Origin: Actinomycetales bacterium
GTDB lineage: Bacteria > Actinomycetota > Actinomycetes > Actinomycetales > JBBRBF01
DNA: 64,000 bases
Direction of reading: 5' to 3'
NCBI GenBank assembly: GCA_038206105.1
Contig: JBBRBF010000013.1
Location: 4,930-68,929, forward strand
Part shown: in pieces, positions 22,242 to 31,807 of the stretch
How the letters are laid out: the number at the start of each line of letters is the position of its first letter
Numbering within the stretch: the first letter of the stretch is position 1
Made by a program: the position numbers and the translations under genes
Notes under the pieces: model-generated
Seen by the model: the letters and a program-made list of their open reading frames with translations, nothing else
Told to the model about the DNA's origin: nothing
The model's database searches: none

Positions 22242-24788
22242 TCAGAGCTTCTCGACCGGGGCATAGCGCAGCAGCAGCCGCTTCGTCCCCTCGTCGCGGA
22301 AGTCGACCTTGGCCACCGACCGCTCCCCGCTGCCCTCCACCTCGACCACGGTCCCCAGGCCGAACGTGTCGTGGGTGACCCGGTCGCCCGGCTCCAGGTG
22401 GACCACCTCACGGTTGCCCGGCGAGCGGACCCCCGGCCGGCCGGCGAGCCGCGCCACCGCGGGCGTGTCCCCCGGCCGGGTCGCGGTGGTCTCGCTGCGC
22501 CGCCAGTCCACGAGCTCGGCGGGCACGTCGTCGAGGAACCGGCTGGGCGGGTTGTACTGCGGCTGCCCGAAGGCGCTGCGCACCGCGGCCCGGGAGGCGT
22601 ACAGCCGCTCCCGGGCCCGGGTCAGGCCGACGTAGGCGAGCCGGCGCTCCTCGGCCAGCTGGTCGGGGTCCCCGAGCGAGCGCATGTGCGGGAACGTGCC
22701 GTCCTCGCAGCCGGTGAGGAAGACGACCGGGAACTCCAGCCCCTTCGCGGTGTGCAGCGTCATCAGCGTGACGACGCCGCCGTCCTCTCCCCCCGCGTCG
22801 TGCGCGCCGTCCGCCTGCTCGGTGGCGGTCTCGCCGTCGGCGACCGCCTGCTCCGGGATCTGGTCGGCGTCCGCGACGAGGGAGACCTGCTCGAGGAAGT
22901 CGGTGAGCGTGCCGCCGGGCGAGGTCGCCTCGAACTCGCCGGCGACGGCCACGAGCTCGGCCAGGTTCTCCACCCGGGACTCGTCCTGCGGGTCGTGGCT
23001 CGCCCTCAGCTCGTCGAGGTAGCCGGTGCGGTCCAGCACGGCCTCCAGCGTCGTTGCCGGGCCGGCGCCGCCGTCGGCCACGGTGCGCAGCTCCGACAGC
23101 AGCAGGGTGAACGCCCGGACGCACGACAGGGAGCGGGTGGCGATGCCCGGCGCGTCCTCGGCGCGCTCGAGGGCCGCGGCGAAAGAGATCCGCTCCCGCT
23201 CGGCGAGGGCGACCACGCAGGCCTCGGCGCGGTCACCGATGCCGCGCTTCGGCACGTTGAGGATGCGTCGCAGGTTGACGGTGTCGGCGGGGTTCGCGAG
23301 CACGCGCAGGTAGGCGAGCGCGTCCTTGACCTCGCGGCGCTCGTAGAACCGGGTGCCGCCGACCACCTTGTACGGCAGCCCGACCCGCACGAGCACCTCC
23401 TCGAGCGCGCGGGACTGGGCGTTCGTCCGGTAGAACACCGCGACGTCGCCGTGGCGCACCCCGTGCTCGTCGTGCAGCCGGTCGATCTCCTCGGCGACGA
23501 AGGCCGCCTCGTCGTGCTCGTCGTCCGCGACGTAGCCGACGATCCGCTCGCCGCCGCCGGCGTCGGTCCACAGGTTCTTGGGACGGCGCTCGGGGTTGCG
23601 CGCGATCACCGCGTTCGCGGCGCCGAGGATGGTCTGTGTCGACCGGTAGTTCTGCTCCAGCAGGATCGTCCGCGCGTCCGGGTAGTCGGTCTCGAACTCG
23701 GCGATGTTGCGGATCGTCGCGCCGCGGAACGCGTAGATCGACTGGTCTGCATCGCCGACGACGGTGAGCTCGGCCGGGGGCACCTCGACCGCCTCCCCGC
23801 CCTCCCGCACCAGGCTCCCGTCGACCGCCCGCAGCTCGGACCTGGCGATCGCCTCGCTCAGGGACCCGCCGACCAGCTCGCGCACCAGCACGTACTGCGC
23901 GTGGTTCGTGTCCTGGTACTCGTCGACGAGCACGTGCCGGAACCGGCGTCGGTAGTGCTCGGCGACGTCCGTGAAGGCCTGGAGGACGTTCACCGTCGTC
24001 ATGATCAGGTCGTCGAAGTCCAGTGCGTTCGCCTGCCGGAGCCTGGCCTGGTACAGGGTGTAGGCGTCGGCGAGGACCCGCTCGGTCCCGCTGCCGTCGG
24101 CCGCTCGGGCCGCGAAGGTCTCGGGGTCGACCAGCTCGTTCTTCAGGTTCGAGACCTGGGCGCTGAAGGCCCGGGGCGGGTGGCGCTTCGGGTCGAGGTC
24201 GAGCTCGCGGCAGACGAGCGCCATCAGCCGCTGCGAGTCGGCGGCGTCGTAGATCGAGAAGCTCGACCGCAGCCCGACCCGGGGGGCCTCGCGCCGCAGG
24301 ATGCGCACGCACGCGGAGTGGAACGTCGACACCCACATCGAGCGGGCGCGGGGACCGACGAGCGCCTCGACACGCTCCTTCATCTCGCCGGCGGCCTTGT
24401 TCGTGAACGTGATCGCGAGCACCTGTCCGGGGCGTACCCCCCGTGCCGCGAGCATGTACGCGATCCGGTGTGCCAGAACCCGCGTCTTGCCCGAGCCGGC
24501 GCCGGCGACGAGCAGCAGCGGGGACCCGGCGTGCAGCACTCCCTCCCGCTGCTGCGGGTTCAGCCCGGCCAGCAGTGCCTCGGCGTCCGGTCGCGTCGCC
24601 GGTCCACCCGGCCGGCCGTCGCCGGTCTCACCGGTCTCGCCGGTCTCGCCGGTCTCGCCGGTCTCGAGCACCCTCGGCAGCGACGGCGCGTGGGGGTGGG
24701 CTGCGAGGTCCCCGGCGTCGGGACGGTCGCCGGACCCGCCGTGGGGTCGATCGGTCGGCAGCGGCAGGTCGTCGAAGAGGGTGCTCAT
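22242..24788 (-). CDS. pcrA: ATP-dependent DNA helicase PcrA/UvrD1
   Basis: AGAGSGKT, TFTNKAA, DEYQDTN, GDADQSIY, HTAKGLEF, EERRLAYV and a C-terminal Tudor domain. Confidence 0.96.
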   Translation of the reverse strand: MSTLFDDLPLPTDRPHGGSGDRPDAGDLAAHPHAPSLPRVLETGETGETGETGETGDGRPGGPATRPDAEALLAGLNPQQREGVLHAGSPLLLVAGAGSGKTRVLAHRIAYMLAARGVRPGQVLAITFTNKAAGEMKERVEALVGPRARSMWVSTFHSACVRILRREAPRVGLRSSFSIYDAADSQRLMALVCRELDLDPKRHPPRAFSAQVSNLKNELVDPETFAARAADGSGTERVLADAYTLYQARLRQANALDFDDLIMTTVNVLQAFTDVAEHYRRRFRHVLVDEYQDTNHAQYVLVRELVGGSLSEAIARSELRAVDGSLVREGGEAVEVPPAELTVVGDADQSIYAFRGATIRNIAEFETDYPDARTILLEQNYRSTQTILGAANAVIARNPERRPKNLWTDAGGGERIVGYVADDEHDEAAFVAEEIDRLHDEHGVRHGDVAVFYRTNAQSRALEEVLVRVGLPYKVVGGTRFYERREVKDALAYLRVLANPADTVNLRRILNVPKRGIGDRAEACVVALAERERISFAAALERAEDAPGIATRSLSCVRAFTLLLSELRTVADGGAGPATTLEAVLDRTGYLDELRASHDPQDESRVENLAELVAVAGEFEATSPGGTLTDFLEQVSLVADADQIPEQAVADGETATEQADGAHDAGGEDGGVVTLMTLHTAKGLEFPVVFLTGCEDGTFPHMRSLGDPDQLAEERRLAYVGLTRARERLYASRAAVRSAFGQPQYNPPSRFLDDVPAELVDWRRSETTATRPGDTPAVARLAGRPGVRSPGNREVVHLEPGDRVTHDTFGLGTVVEVEGSGERSVAKVDFRDEGTKRLLLRYAPVEKL
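24622..24666. repeat. 9-bp tandem repeat (5 copies, encodes ETG) in the pcrA N-terminal extension
   Basis: ccggtctc(a/g) x5. Confidence 0.85.
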
Positions 24789-24798
24789 CGTGGCCGCC

Positions 24799-24820
24799 AG
24801 CCTACGGGGCGGTCCCGACG
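24799..24820 (-). promoter_or_regulatory. RecA-NDp/PafBC-type DNA-damage promoter of pcrA
   Basis: CGTCGG-N10-TAGGCT versus the consensus TGTCGG-N10-TANNNT. Confidence 0.55.
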
Positions 24821-24954
24821 GCGGCCCTCCAGGCGAGGTGCCCCAGTCCGGCGGGTGGACGGGCCCGCGGGCGGCTACGGTCGGGACGCCGCGCCCTGTC
24901 GTCCGGGTCGGTCCCGACGCCCCCGATCGACCCGATCGCCTGCTGGAGAACGCC

Positions 24955-25677
24955 GTGCCCCCACCCGACGTCGACGTCGAGCGCATCCTCGTCGTGGCGG
25001 CGCACCCCGACGACATCGACTTCGGCATGGCCGGGTCGGTGGCGACGTGGACGGCGGCCGGTTCGCACGTCACATACCTGCTGTGCACCTACGGCGACCA
25101 GGGCGGCTTCGACGACACCCCCCGGCACGAGGTGCCCGCCATCCGCGAGCGCGAACAGCGGGCTGCGGCGGAGGCGGTCGGCGTGCACGACGTGCGGTTC
25201 CTCGACGGCTACGCCGACGGCGCCCTGGCCGTGACCGACGACCTCGTACGCGACCTCGTCCGCGTCGTCCGCCGGGTCCGCCCGCAGCGGGTCGTGGCGC
25301 CCAGCCCCGAGCGCACCTGGGACCTCCTCGCGGCAAGCCACCCCGACCACCTCGCGGCCGGCGAGGCCACGGTGCGGGCGGTGTACCCGTTCGCGCGCAA
25401 CCCGTTCGCGTTCCCCGAGCTGCTCGCCGACGAGGGGCTCGAACCCTGGACGACGCCCGAGCTGTGGCTCGTCGCGCACCCCGCGCCCGACCACTGGGTC
25501 GACGTCACCGACGCGCTCGACGCCAAGCTCGCGGCGCTGGCAGCGCACAACAGCCAGACCGGTCACCTGGAGGAGCTGGGGACGATGATCCGCGGTGCCC
25601 TCGCCGGGATCGCCCAGCAGGCGGACCTGTCCGAGGGCAGGCTCGCGGAGGCGTTCAAGGTCGTCGACAGCTCCTGA
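24955..25677 (+). CDS. PIG-L/LmbE-family deacetylase
   Basis: AHPDD, REREQ and HPDH motifs. Start approximate. Confidence 0.9.
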   Translation: MPPPDVDVERILVVAAHPDDIDFGMAGSVATWTAAGSHVTYLLCTYGDQGGFDDTPRHEVPAIREREQRAAAEAVGVHDVRFLDGYADGALAVTDDLVRDLVRVVRRVRPQRVVAPSPERTWDLLAASHPDHLAAGEATVRAVYPFARNPFAFPELLADEGLEPWTTPELWLVAHPAPDHWVDVTDALDAKLAALAAHNSQTGHLEELGTMIRGALAGIAQQADLSEGRLAEAFKVVDSS

Positions 25678-25693
25678 CCGCGTGCGGTGACCT

Positions 25694-25748
25694 GGACCCG
25701 AAGTGCATGATCACCGCTGGGGGGGCGGACCCGAAGTGCATGATCACC
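25694..25748 (-). repeat. Two tandem copies (33-bp period) of the GGTGATCATGCAC-family repeat between convergent genes
   Basis: GGACCCGAAGTGCATGATCACC at 25694-25715 and 25727-25748. Confidence 0.9.
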
Positions 25749-25756
25749 GCGAGGGG

Positions 25757-26095
25757 TCACCAGAGCACGGCGACGAGCACGTTGAGGACGGCGAGCCCGC
25801 CCGCGACGTGCACGAGGCGCACGGGTCCACCCCGGTTGCGGCCCACGGCGACCACGCCGGCGACGACGAGCGCCACGACGAGCTTGACCGCGATCTTCGT
25901 GCGGTCGACGTCGTGGTCGACCGCACCGGACTCGGCCAGCCCCACCAGGGCGATCCCCGTGACCAGCTGGGTCAGCGCCCCGTGCCACATCCCGGGGAGC
26001 CAGCGCGGCTCGCGGACGACCGCCAGCCAGCCGCCGACGATCACAGCCATGCCGAGCAGGTGCAGCACGACCAGCAGGTCGTAGACGAGCTCCAT
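25757..26095 (-). CDS. Small 4-TM integral membrane protein
   Basis: LVVLHLLG, HGALTQLVTG, KIAVKL and NVLVAVLW. TAGCCT -10 lies 7 nt before the ATG. Confidence 0.8.
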   Translation of the reverse strand: MELVYDLLVVLHLLGMAVIVGGWLAVVREPRWLPGMWHGALTQLVTGIALVGLAESGAVDHDVDRTKIAVKLVVALVVAGVVAVGRNRGGPVRLVHVAGGLAVLNVLVAVLW

Positions 26096-26168
26096 GCGGC
26101 GCAGGCTAGCCGCGGGAGCCCTGGGCTGCCGCGGGGTGGGGCGCCGGGCCCGCCCCGCGGCAGCCCGG

Positions 26169-28109
26169 TCAGCCGATCGTGCTCCGGCCCTCGCCGCCGG
26201 CGGGGTAGTCGGCGGCCGTGACGACGCCGCCGAGGTCCTCGGTGAGGAAGGTCACGAGCGCCTCCTCCTGCAGCTGCGGCAGCACGGTGAAGGCGGCGCC
26301 GCCGAGCGAGTCGTACCCGTCGTTGCCGCGCAGCAGGAAGTCGATCGACGCCAGCGAGATGGTCGCCGGTGCATCCGCGGCCAGGGCGCCGTCCTCGACG
26401 ACCACCGTGCCGTCGTCCAACACGAGCGACTGCACGCTCCCGTCGGCGGACGCGGTGTAGGTGAACCCGGCGATCTGCGCGAACGACCCGGCGTCGACGG
26501 TGCTCGCCGCGTGCTCGACGGCCGCGACGAAGTCCTCGATCGGCAGCGCGGGAGCCACCGAGACGAAGTTCGTGAACGGCACGATCCCGTTGACGTCCAG
26601 CGCCGTGAGGTCACCCGGCGGGATCACCGAGTCGTTGCGGATGCCGCCGCCGTTCTGGATCGCCACCACCGGCGCCTCGACGCCGGCCGCCGCGGCACCG
26701 GCGCGCCCCGACGCGAGCAGGGCGTCGGCGACGAGGTTGCCGAGGTTGGTCTCCTCGCCGCGAATGCTGGCGCGGACGCCGTCCAGGGGCACCTCGGTGG
26801 TCGCGACGACGGTCTGGGCGAGCTCCTCGACGAAGTCCTCGACCGGTCGCTGCACCTCCCGCAGCACGCCCCGGTCGGGGCGGACCGCGTCCGGACCGAC
26901 GGACGTCACCGGCACCGGCCGGCTCTTCCGCTCGTCGTAGGACAACACCTCGCCGTCGCGGTCGAAGGTCACGACGAGCCTGCCGACGTACCGGTACAGG
27001 CCCGACGTCGTGACGACCGGCACCCGGGCGCCGTCCGCCGCGGTGCGGACCTCGGGGTACTCGTAGGGCACCGCGGCGGGGTCGACGCTGCGGCTGTCCT
27101 CGGGCAGCAGCCGGTGGTCGGCGTCGGCCATCACCTCGCCGCCGCCGGCGCCGACGACGACGTCGATCCCCTGCAGGTCCGGGACCAGGGCGAGCTCGTT
27201 GTCGATGTCCTGCAGGTGCGAGACGAGCACCACCTTGTCGACGCCGGACCGCTCGAAGGCGCGTGCGGTCGCATTGGCGATCTCGGCGAGCGCCGGGTCC
27301 ACCTCGACCTCTCCCAGGCTCGTGAGCTCGGGCAGGTCCGGCGTGGTCAACCCGATCACGCCGATCCGCTCCCCGCGCTCCTTCACGACGTGCGCCCGCA
27401 CGATCAGGCCGTCGTCGACGAACGCCTGCAGGCCCGGCTCACCGGTGAAGTCGAGGTTCGCCGACGAGAACGTGGTGTCCTCGACCTGACCGAGGAAGTC
27501 GGCGAGGAAGGGCGGCCCGAGGTCGAAGTCGTGGTTGCCGAAGATGCTGGCGTCGTAGTCCAGGGCGTTGAACGCGACCGCGTCGTAGATCGTATGGCCC
27601 TCGGTCTGCCGGCTGGCGGACAGCTGGGCGCTGGGCAGGAAGTTGTCGCCGCCGCTGACCGCGAGCACGCCGCGCTTGCCGCGGTAGGGGTAGCCGCCGC
27701 GCTCGCCGCGCCGCCGCTCGCGCTGCATCGTCGACTCCATCAGTGCCGCGCCGGCGACCTGGGCGCCGTCGCGCTCGATCGGCAGCAGCGCGGACTCGCC
27801 GTCGTTGCCGAACAGCACGGTCAGGGTGAAGTCTGGCCGGTCGCCCCGGCGCCCCTTCCCACGGTCGTCGTCGTCACGGTCGTCGTCGTCACGGTCGTCG
27901 TCGTCACGGTCGTCGTCGTCACGGTCGTCGCCGTCACGGTCATCGCCGTCACGGTCATCGCCGTCACGGTCATCGCCGGGGACGACGGCCTGCCGGTCGC
28001 GGTCCCAGTCGTCGTCGCCGTGCGCGAGCGCCGGGCCGGTGAGGCCGGTGGCGAGCGCGCCGGCGGTGAGTGCGGCGAGCACGCCGCGGCGGAGGGCGGT
28101 GGTCTGCAT
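26169..28109 (-). CDS. Secreted bifunctional metallophosphatase/5'-nucleotidase
   Basis: Signal peptide (LRRGVL..ALA), GGDNF, GNHDFD, ETNLGNLVADA and NGGGIR. Confidence 0.88.
   Translation of the reverse strand: MQTTALRRGVLAALTAGALATGLTGPALAHGDDDWDRDRQAVVPGDDRDGDDRDGDDRDGDDRDDDDRDDDDRDDDDRDDDDRGKGRRGDRPDFTLTVLFGNDGESALLPIERDGAQVAGAALMESTMQRERRRGERGGYPYRGKRGVLAVSGGDNFLPSAQLSASRQTEGHTIYDAVAFNALDYDASIFGNHDFDLGPPFLADFLGQVEDTTFSSANLDFTGEPGLQAFVDDGLIVRAHVVKERGERIGVIGLTTPDLPELTSLGEVEVDPALAEIANATARAFERSGVDKVVLVSHLQDIDNELALVPDLQGIDVVVGAGGGEVMADADHRLLPEDSRSVDPAAVPYEYPEVRTAADGARVPVVTTSGLYRYVGRLVVTFDRDGEVLSYDERKSRPVPVTSVGPDAVRPDRGVLREVQRPVEDFVEELAQTVVATTEVPLDGVRASIRGEETNLGNLVADALLASGRAGAAAAGVEAPVVAIQNGGGIRNDSVIPPGDLTALDVNGIVPFTNFVSVAPALPIEDFVAAVEHAASTVDAGSFAQIAGFTYTASADGSVQSLVLDDGTVVVEDGALAADAPATISLASIDFLLRGNDGYDSLGGAAFTVLPQLQEEALVTFLTEDLGGVVTAADYPAGGEGRSTIG
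27861..27978. repeat. 15-bp tandem repeat (about 8 copies) encoding an acidic (G/D)DDRD linker
   Basis: acggtc(g/a)tcg(t/c)cgtc units. Confidence 0.9.
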
Positions 28110-28226
28110 GGGTCTCCTCGGCTGGGCAGGGAGGGTTCGGCCCGGTTCCAGCCGGACCCTAGACCGGGCGTGTCGGACGCGGTAGCCCCGTCGCGGTCGG
28201 ACGCAGCCCCCTCCCGCGCCGGAGCG

Positions 28227-29213
28227 TCACGAGCCGAGGTGCTCGCGACCGTGCGGGGCGGCCCAGCCGGAGGCGTCCGGTCCCAGCGGCACGATGCCGG
28301 TCGGGTTGATCTGCGCGTGGGTGCCGTAGTAGTGCCGCTTGATCTGGTCGAGGTCGACGGTCTCGCCGAACCCGCTGTGCCCGAACAGGTCCCGGGCGTA
28401 GGCCCACAGCACCGGCATCTCGGTGAGCTTGTACCGGTTGCACTTGAAGTGCCCGTGGTAGGCGGCGTCGAAGCGGACGAGGGTGGTGAAGAGCCGGACG
28501 TCGACCTCGGTGATCTGCGGCCCCATCAGGTACCGGCTGGCACGCAGGCGCTCCGTCAGCGCGTCGAGGCGGGCGAACAGCGCCGTGCAGGCGGCCTCGT
28601 ACGCCTCCTGCGTGGTGGCGAAGCCGCACTTGTAGACCCCGTTGTTCACGTCGTGGAAGATCTCGTCGACCAGCGGCTGCATCGGCTCGCGGAGGTGCTC
28701 GGGGTACAGGTCCGGCGCGCCCTGCCGGTGGTGCTCGACCCACTCCGTCGACAGGTCCAGGGTGATCTGCGGGTAGTCGTTCGTCACCACCCGCCCGGTG
28801 AGCGTGTCGACCACGCAGGGCACGGTGACCCGGCCCTCGTAGCCGGGGTCGCTGCCGAGGTAGGCCTCGGAGAGGTAGGCGATGCCGAGCACCGGATCGC
28901 GGCCGTCCTCGTCGAGGGTGAAGCGCCACCCCTTCTCGTCGCGGATCGGGTCGACCACGGCCAGCGAGATCGCCTCGGTGAGCCCGAGCAGCCGTCGCAC
29001 GATCAACGACCGGTGCGCCCAGGGGCACGCGTTGCTGACGACGAGCCGGTAGCGGCCCGGCTCGACCGGCCAGCGGCCCCGGTCGTCCGGGCCCTCGCCG
29101 GGCGCGGAGGCCGAGTCGCGGGTGATCCGGTCGGTGAATTGGTTGCCCTGGCGGACCCACTCCCCGCGTGCGGAGGTCTCCTGGCCGAACTGGGCGGTCG
29201 CTGCGCCGGTCAT
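28227..29213 (-). CDS. Glutathionyl-hydroquinone reductase-like (Xi/ECM4/YqjG-class GST)
   Basis: GRYRL..CPWAHR, VTVP, NNGVYKCGFA, RFDAAYHGHFKCN and INPTGIVP. Confidence 0.9.
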   Translation of the reverse strand: MTGAATAQFGQETSARGEWVRQGNQFTDRITRDSASAPGEGPDDRGRWPVEPGRYRLVVSNACPWAHRSLIVRRLLGLTEAISLAVVDPIRDEKGWRFTLDEDGRDPVLGIAYLSEAYLGSDPGYEGRVTVPCVVDTLTGRVVTNDYPQITLDLSTEWVEHHRQGAPDLYPEHLREPMQPLVDEIFHDVNNGVYKCGFATTQEAYEAACTALFARLDALTERLRASRYLMGPQITEVDVRLFTTLVRFDAAYHGHFKCNRYKLTEMPVLWAYARDLFGHSGFGETVDLDQIKRHYYGTHAQINPTGIVPLGPDASGWAAPHGREHLGS

Positions 29214-29243
29214 GCCGGCCACGCTAGCCCCGGCGCAGGCCGC

Positions 29244-29768
29244 TCAGGGTGCCGGCAGCTCCCCCGCCCTCGCCAGCGCCGTGCGCACCAACGGCACCAC
29301 CGCGGTGCGGCCGCGCCGCACGTCGTCGAGGGACACCCAGGCGGCCCGGTCGGTGCTCCCACCCACGTCCACCACGCGCGGGGCGCCGCCCCCGATGCTG
29401 GCCGCGGTGTAGACCACACGGACGGCGTGGAAGTCCTCCGGGTCGCCACCGGGTCCCCGCCCGACGCGGTGCACCGAGTCGACGTCGAGCACCGGTCCGG
29501 GCACGACCTCGAGCCCGGTCTCCTCATGGGTCTCACGGACGACCGCGGCGACGGGGTGCTCCCCGTGCTCCACCCCACCGCCGGGCAGGGTCCAGTGCTC
29601 CGGGCGCCCCGTGGTCGACGACAGCCGCGTCAGCAGCACCTCGCGGTCCGCCCCGGCTCCGGCGGCGTCGCGGACCGCGACCACGTACGCGGCGAGCCGC
29701 TGGCGACGGACGGCCGGCCGCACCCCGGTGGCCTCCTCCGGGGCGCCGTCAGACGTCGTCCCGGTCAC
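29244..29768 (-). CDS. NUDIX hydrolase
   Basis: GGGVEHGEHPVAAVVRETHEETGL Nudix box. Confidence 0.9.
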   Translation of the reverse strand: MTGTTSDGAPEEATGVRPAVRRQRLAAYVVAVRDAAGAGADREVLLTRLSSTTGRPEHWTLPGGGVEHGEHPVAAVVRETHEETGLEVVPGPVLDVDSVHRVGRGPGGDPEDFHAVRVVYTAASIGGGAPRVVDVGGSTDRAAWVSLDDVRRGRTAVVPLVRTALARAGELPAP

Positions 29769-29878
29769 GGTCTCGGACGCTAGCAGCGCCGGTCACCGGC
29801 GGCCGCCCGACGGCGACCGGGGGCCGTCGCGCCGCCCGCACGAGCCGCCGAGCGTCCCGCTCGGCCTACGCTGGTGGC

Positions 29879-30418
29879 GTGCTCCCCGACCGGATCCGGC
29901 GACTGGCCCACAGCGTGGTGCTGCGGGTGTTCCGCGTCCTGCCGCCACCGGTACGCCGCGGCCTGGTCCGCGCCGGGACGCCCTCCTACACCGTCGGCGC
30001 GGTCTGCGTGATCGAGCACGAGGGGACCGTGCTCGCCCTGCGCCAACCGCACCGACCGGGGTGGAGCCTGCCCGGCGGCCTGCTCGAGCGGGGCGAGGGC
30101 CCGGGCGAGGGCGTCGAGCGCGAGGTCGCCGAGGAGACCGGCCTGCGGGTTCAGGTCGGCGTGCCCCTGACCGCGAAGGTGAACGCGCGCGTGCACCGCG
30201 TCGACGTGGTCTACCGGGTGGTCGTCGCGCGCCTGCCGTCGGTGCGGCCCGGGGGCGAGGCCCGGGAGGCGCGGTGGATGAGCCCCGAGGAGATGCGCAC
30301 CGACGCGGACGAGCCGACGCGGGAGATCCTCGACCTGCTCGCCGACGTCCTCGACCCCGACGCCCGGACCGGGCACGTGGGCCGGGTCGTCGACGAGTCC
30401 GCCGACCGCTCCCGGTGA
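29879..30418 (+). CDS. NUDIX hydrolase
   Basis: GGLLERGEGPGEGVEREVAEETGL. TACGCT -10 lies 6 nt before the GTG. Confidence 0.88.
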   Translation: MLPDRIRRLAHSVVLRVFRVLPPPVRRGLVRAGTPSYTVGAVCVIEHEGTVLALRQPHRPGWSLPGGLLERGEGPGEGVEREVAEETGLRVQVGVPLTAKVNARVHRVDVVYRVVVARLPSVRPGGEAREARWMSPEEMRTDADEPTREILDLLADVLDPDARTGHVGRVVDESADRSR

Positions 30419-31236
30419 GCACCCGGCCCGCCGCCGCAGGTCTGGCCGGGGTGGTGCTGGCCGCCGGCGCCGGCACCCGGCTGCGACCCCTGACCAACCT
30501 GCGCCCGAAGGCGCTGTGCCCGGTCGCCGGCGTGCCGCTGGTCGACCTGGCGCTGAACCGGCTCGCCGTGCACACCGGCGCGGGCAGCGGGCACCTGGCG
30601 GTGAACGCCCACCACCACGGCGACCGGCTCGCGGCCCACGTCGCGGGCCGCGCGCACGTCTCCCGCGAGGAGGTGGCGCTCGGCACCGCCGGAGCGCTGG
30701 GTGCGCTGCGGGACTGGGTCGACGGCCGCGACGTGCTCCTCACGAACGCCGACGCGTGGCTGCCGCACGGGGTCGAGGCCCTCGTCGACGGCTGGGACGG
30801 CGAACGCTGCCGGCTGCTCACGGTGGCGGCGGCCGACGCCGGCGACTTCCGCGCGCCGGACGGGACCCCGGTGCGCTACGTCGGTGCCTGCCTGCTGCCG
30901 TGGTGGGTGCTGTGCGACCTGACCGCCGAGCCGACCGGGCTGTACGAGGTGGTGTGGCGGGACGAGGCCGCCGCCGGGCGTCTCGACGTCCACGTGACGA
31001 CCGCGCCGGCTGTCGACTGCGGCACGCCGTCGGACTACCTGACCGCGAACCTCGGCGCGACCGGCGGCCGGAGCGTGGTCGGAACCGGGGCGAGGGTGCA
31101 CGGCACGCTGGAGCGGGCGGTGGTGTGGGACGGCGCGTGGGTCGGCCCCGGCGAGCACGTGCGCGACGCGGTGCGCGCAGGGGACCGGCGCCACCCGGTG
31201 ACCGTGCACGCGCGCCCCGGACCGCCGCCGACCTGA
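30415..31236 (+). CDS. NTP-transferase (nucleotidyltransferase, MurU/sugar-phosphate type)
   Basis: LAAGAGTRLRPLT..PKAL, VNAHH, LGTAGAL, NAD and DCGTP. GTGA overlap with the upstream NUDIX gene. Confidence 0.85.
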   Translation: MSTRPAAAGLAGVVLAAGAGTRLRPLTNLRPKALCPVAGVPLVDLALNRLAVHTGAGSGHLAVNAHHHGDRLAAHVAGRAHVSREEVALGTAGALGALRDWVDGRDVLLTNADAWLPHGVEALVDGWDGERCRLLTVAAADAGDFRAPDGTPVRYVGACLLPWWVLCDLTAEPTGLYEVVWRDEAAAGRLDVHVTTAPAVDCGTPSDYLTANLGATGGRSVVGTGARVHGTLERAVVWDGAWVGPGEHVRDAVRAGDRRHPVTVHARPGPPPT

Positions 31237-31273
31237 GGGTCCCCCGCGGCCGAGCGAGCGGGTGGTGCCGGGG

Positions 31274-31735
31274 TCAGCGCCCCAGGGCGAGCAGCCGGTC
31301 GACGAACGCGGTCTGCGCCGGCACGAGGCGGGTCCGAGCGGTAGCGGTGTCGCACCACGCGACCCGGTCGAGCTCGGGGAACTCCGCGGTGCGCCCCGAC
31401 CGCGGCGGCCACGTCATGGTGAACGTGCCGGGCACGACGTCGGCCGGGTCGAGGTCGCCACGCAGGGCCCAGGCGGTGACCACCTTCCCGCCCGCCTGGC
31501 GGACGGCGCCCAGCTCGACCGGCTCCCCGGCGGGCACCGGCAGGCCGAGCTCCTCGGTGAACTCCCGCCGCGCGGCCTCCAGCAACGACTCACCGGGCTC
31601 CGGCTCCCCCTTGGGCACGGTCCACGCGCCGGCGTCGCGGCGCGACCACAGCGGCCCGCCGAGGTGCCCGATGAGCACCTCGGGGGCGTCCGACGCCCCG
31701 CGGTGCAGCAGGATCCCCGCGCTCGTCCGGGCCAC
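31274..31735 (-). CDS. NUDIX-domain protein
   Basis: SAGILL, GHLGGPLW, PKGE..AARREFTEELG and WPPRSG..FPELDR. Confidence 0.88.
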   Translation of the reverse strand: MARTSAGILLHRGASDAPEVLIGHLGGPLWSRRDAGAWTVPKGEPEPGESLLEAARREFTEELGLPVPAGEPVELGAVRQAGGKVVTAWALRGDLDPADVVPGTFTMTWPPRSGRTAEFPELDRVAWCDTATARTRLVPAQTAFVDRLLALGR

Positions 31736-31807
31736 GCCCCAGTCTCCCAGCCCCGTCCCCGGCCCGTGCCGCCCGCGCCGGCGCCTCGGGCGGGGGCCTG
31801 CGCCACG

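Noticed and set aside
28135-28165. Possible sigma28 promoter (GCCGAA) before the 5'-nucleotidase
   Set aside because: The -35 match (CTAG) is poor, and TAGGGT offers a simpler housekeeping -10 box.
22158-29783. Very long ORFs (1308 aa and 1229 aa; also 7202-10906, 31262-34201 and 56703-59936)
   Set aside because: These are antisense or alternative-frame shadows of real genes, typical of high-GC DNA. They are Arg/Pro/Gly-rich with no recognisable motifs.
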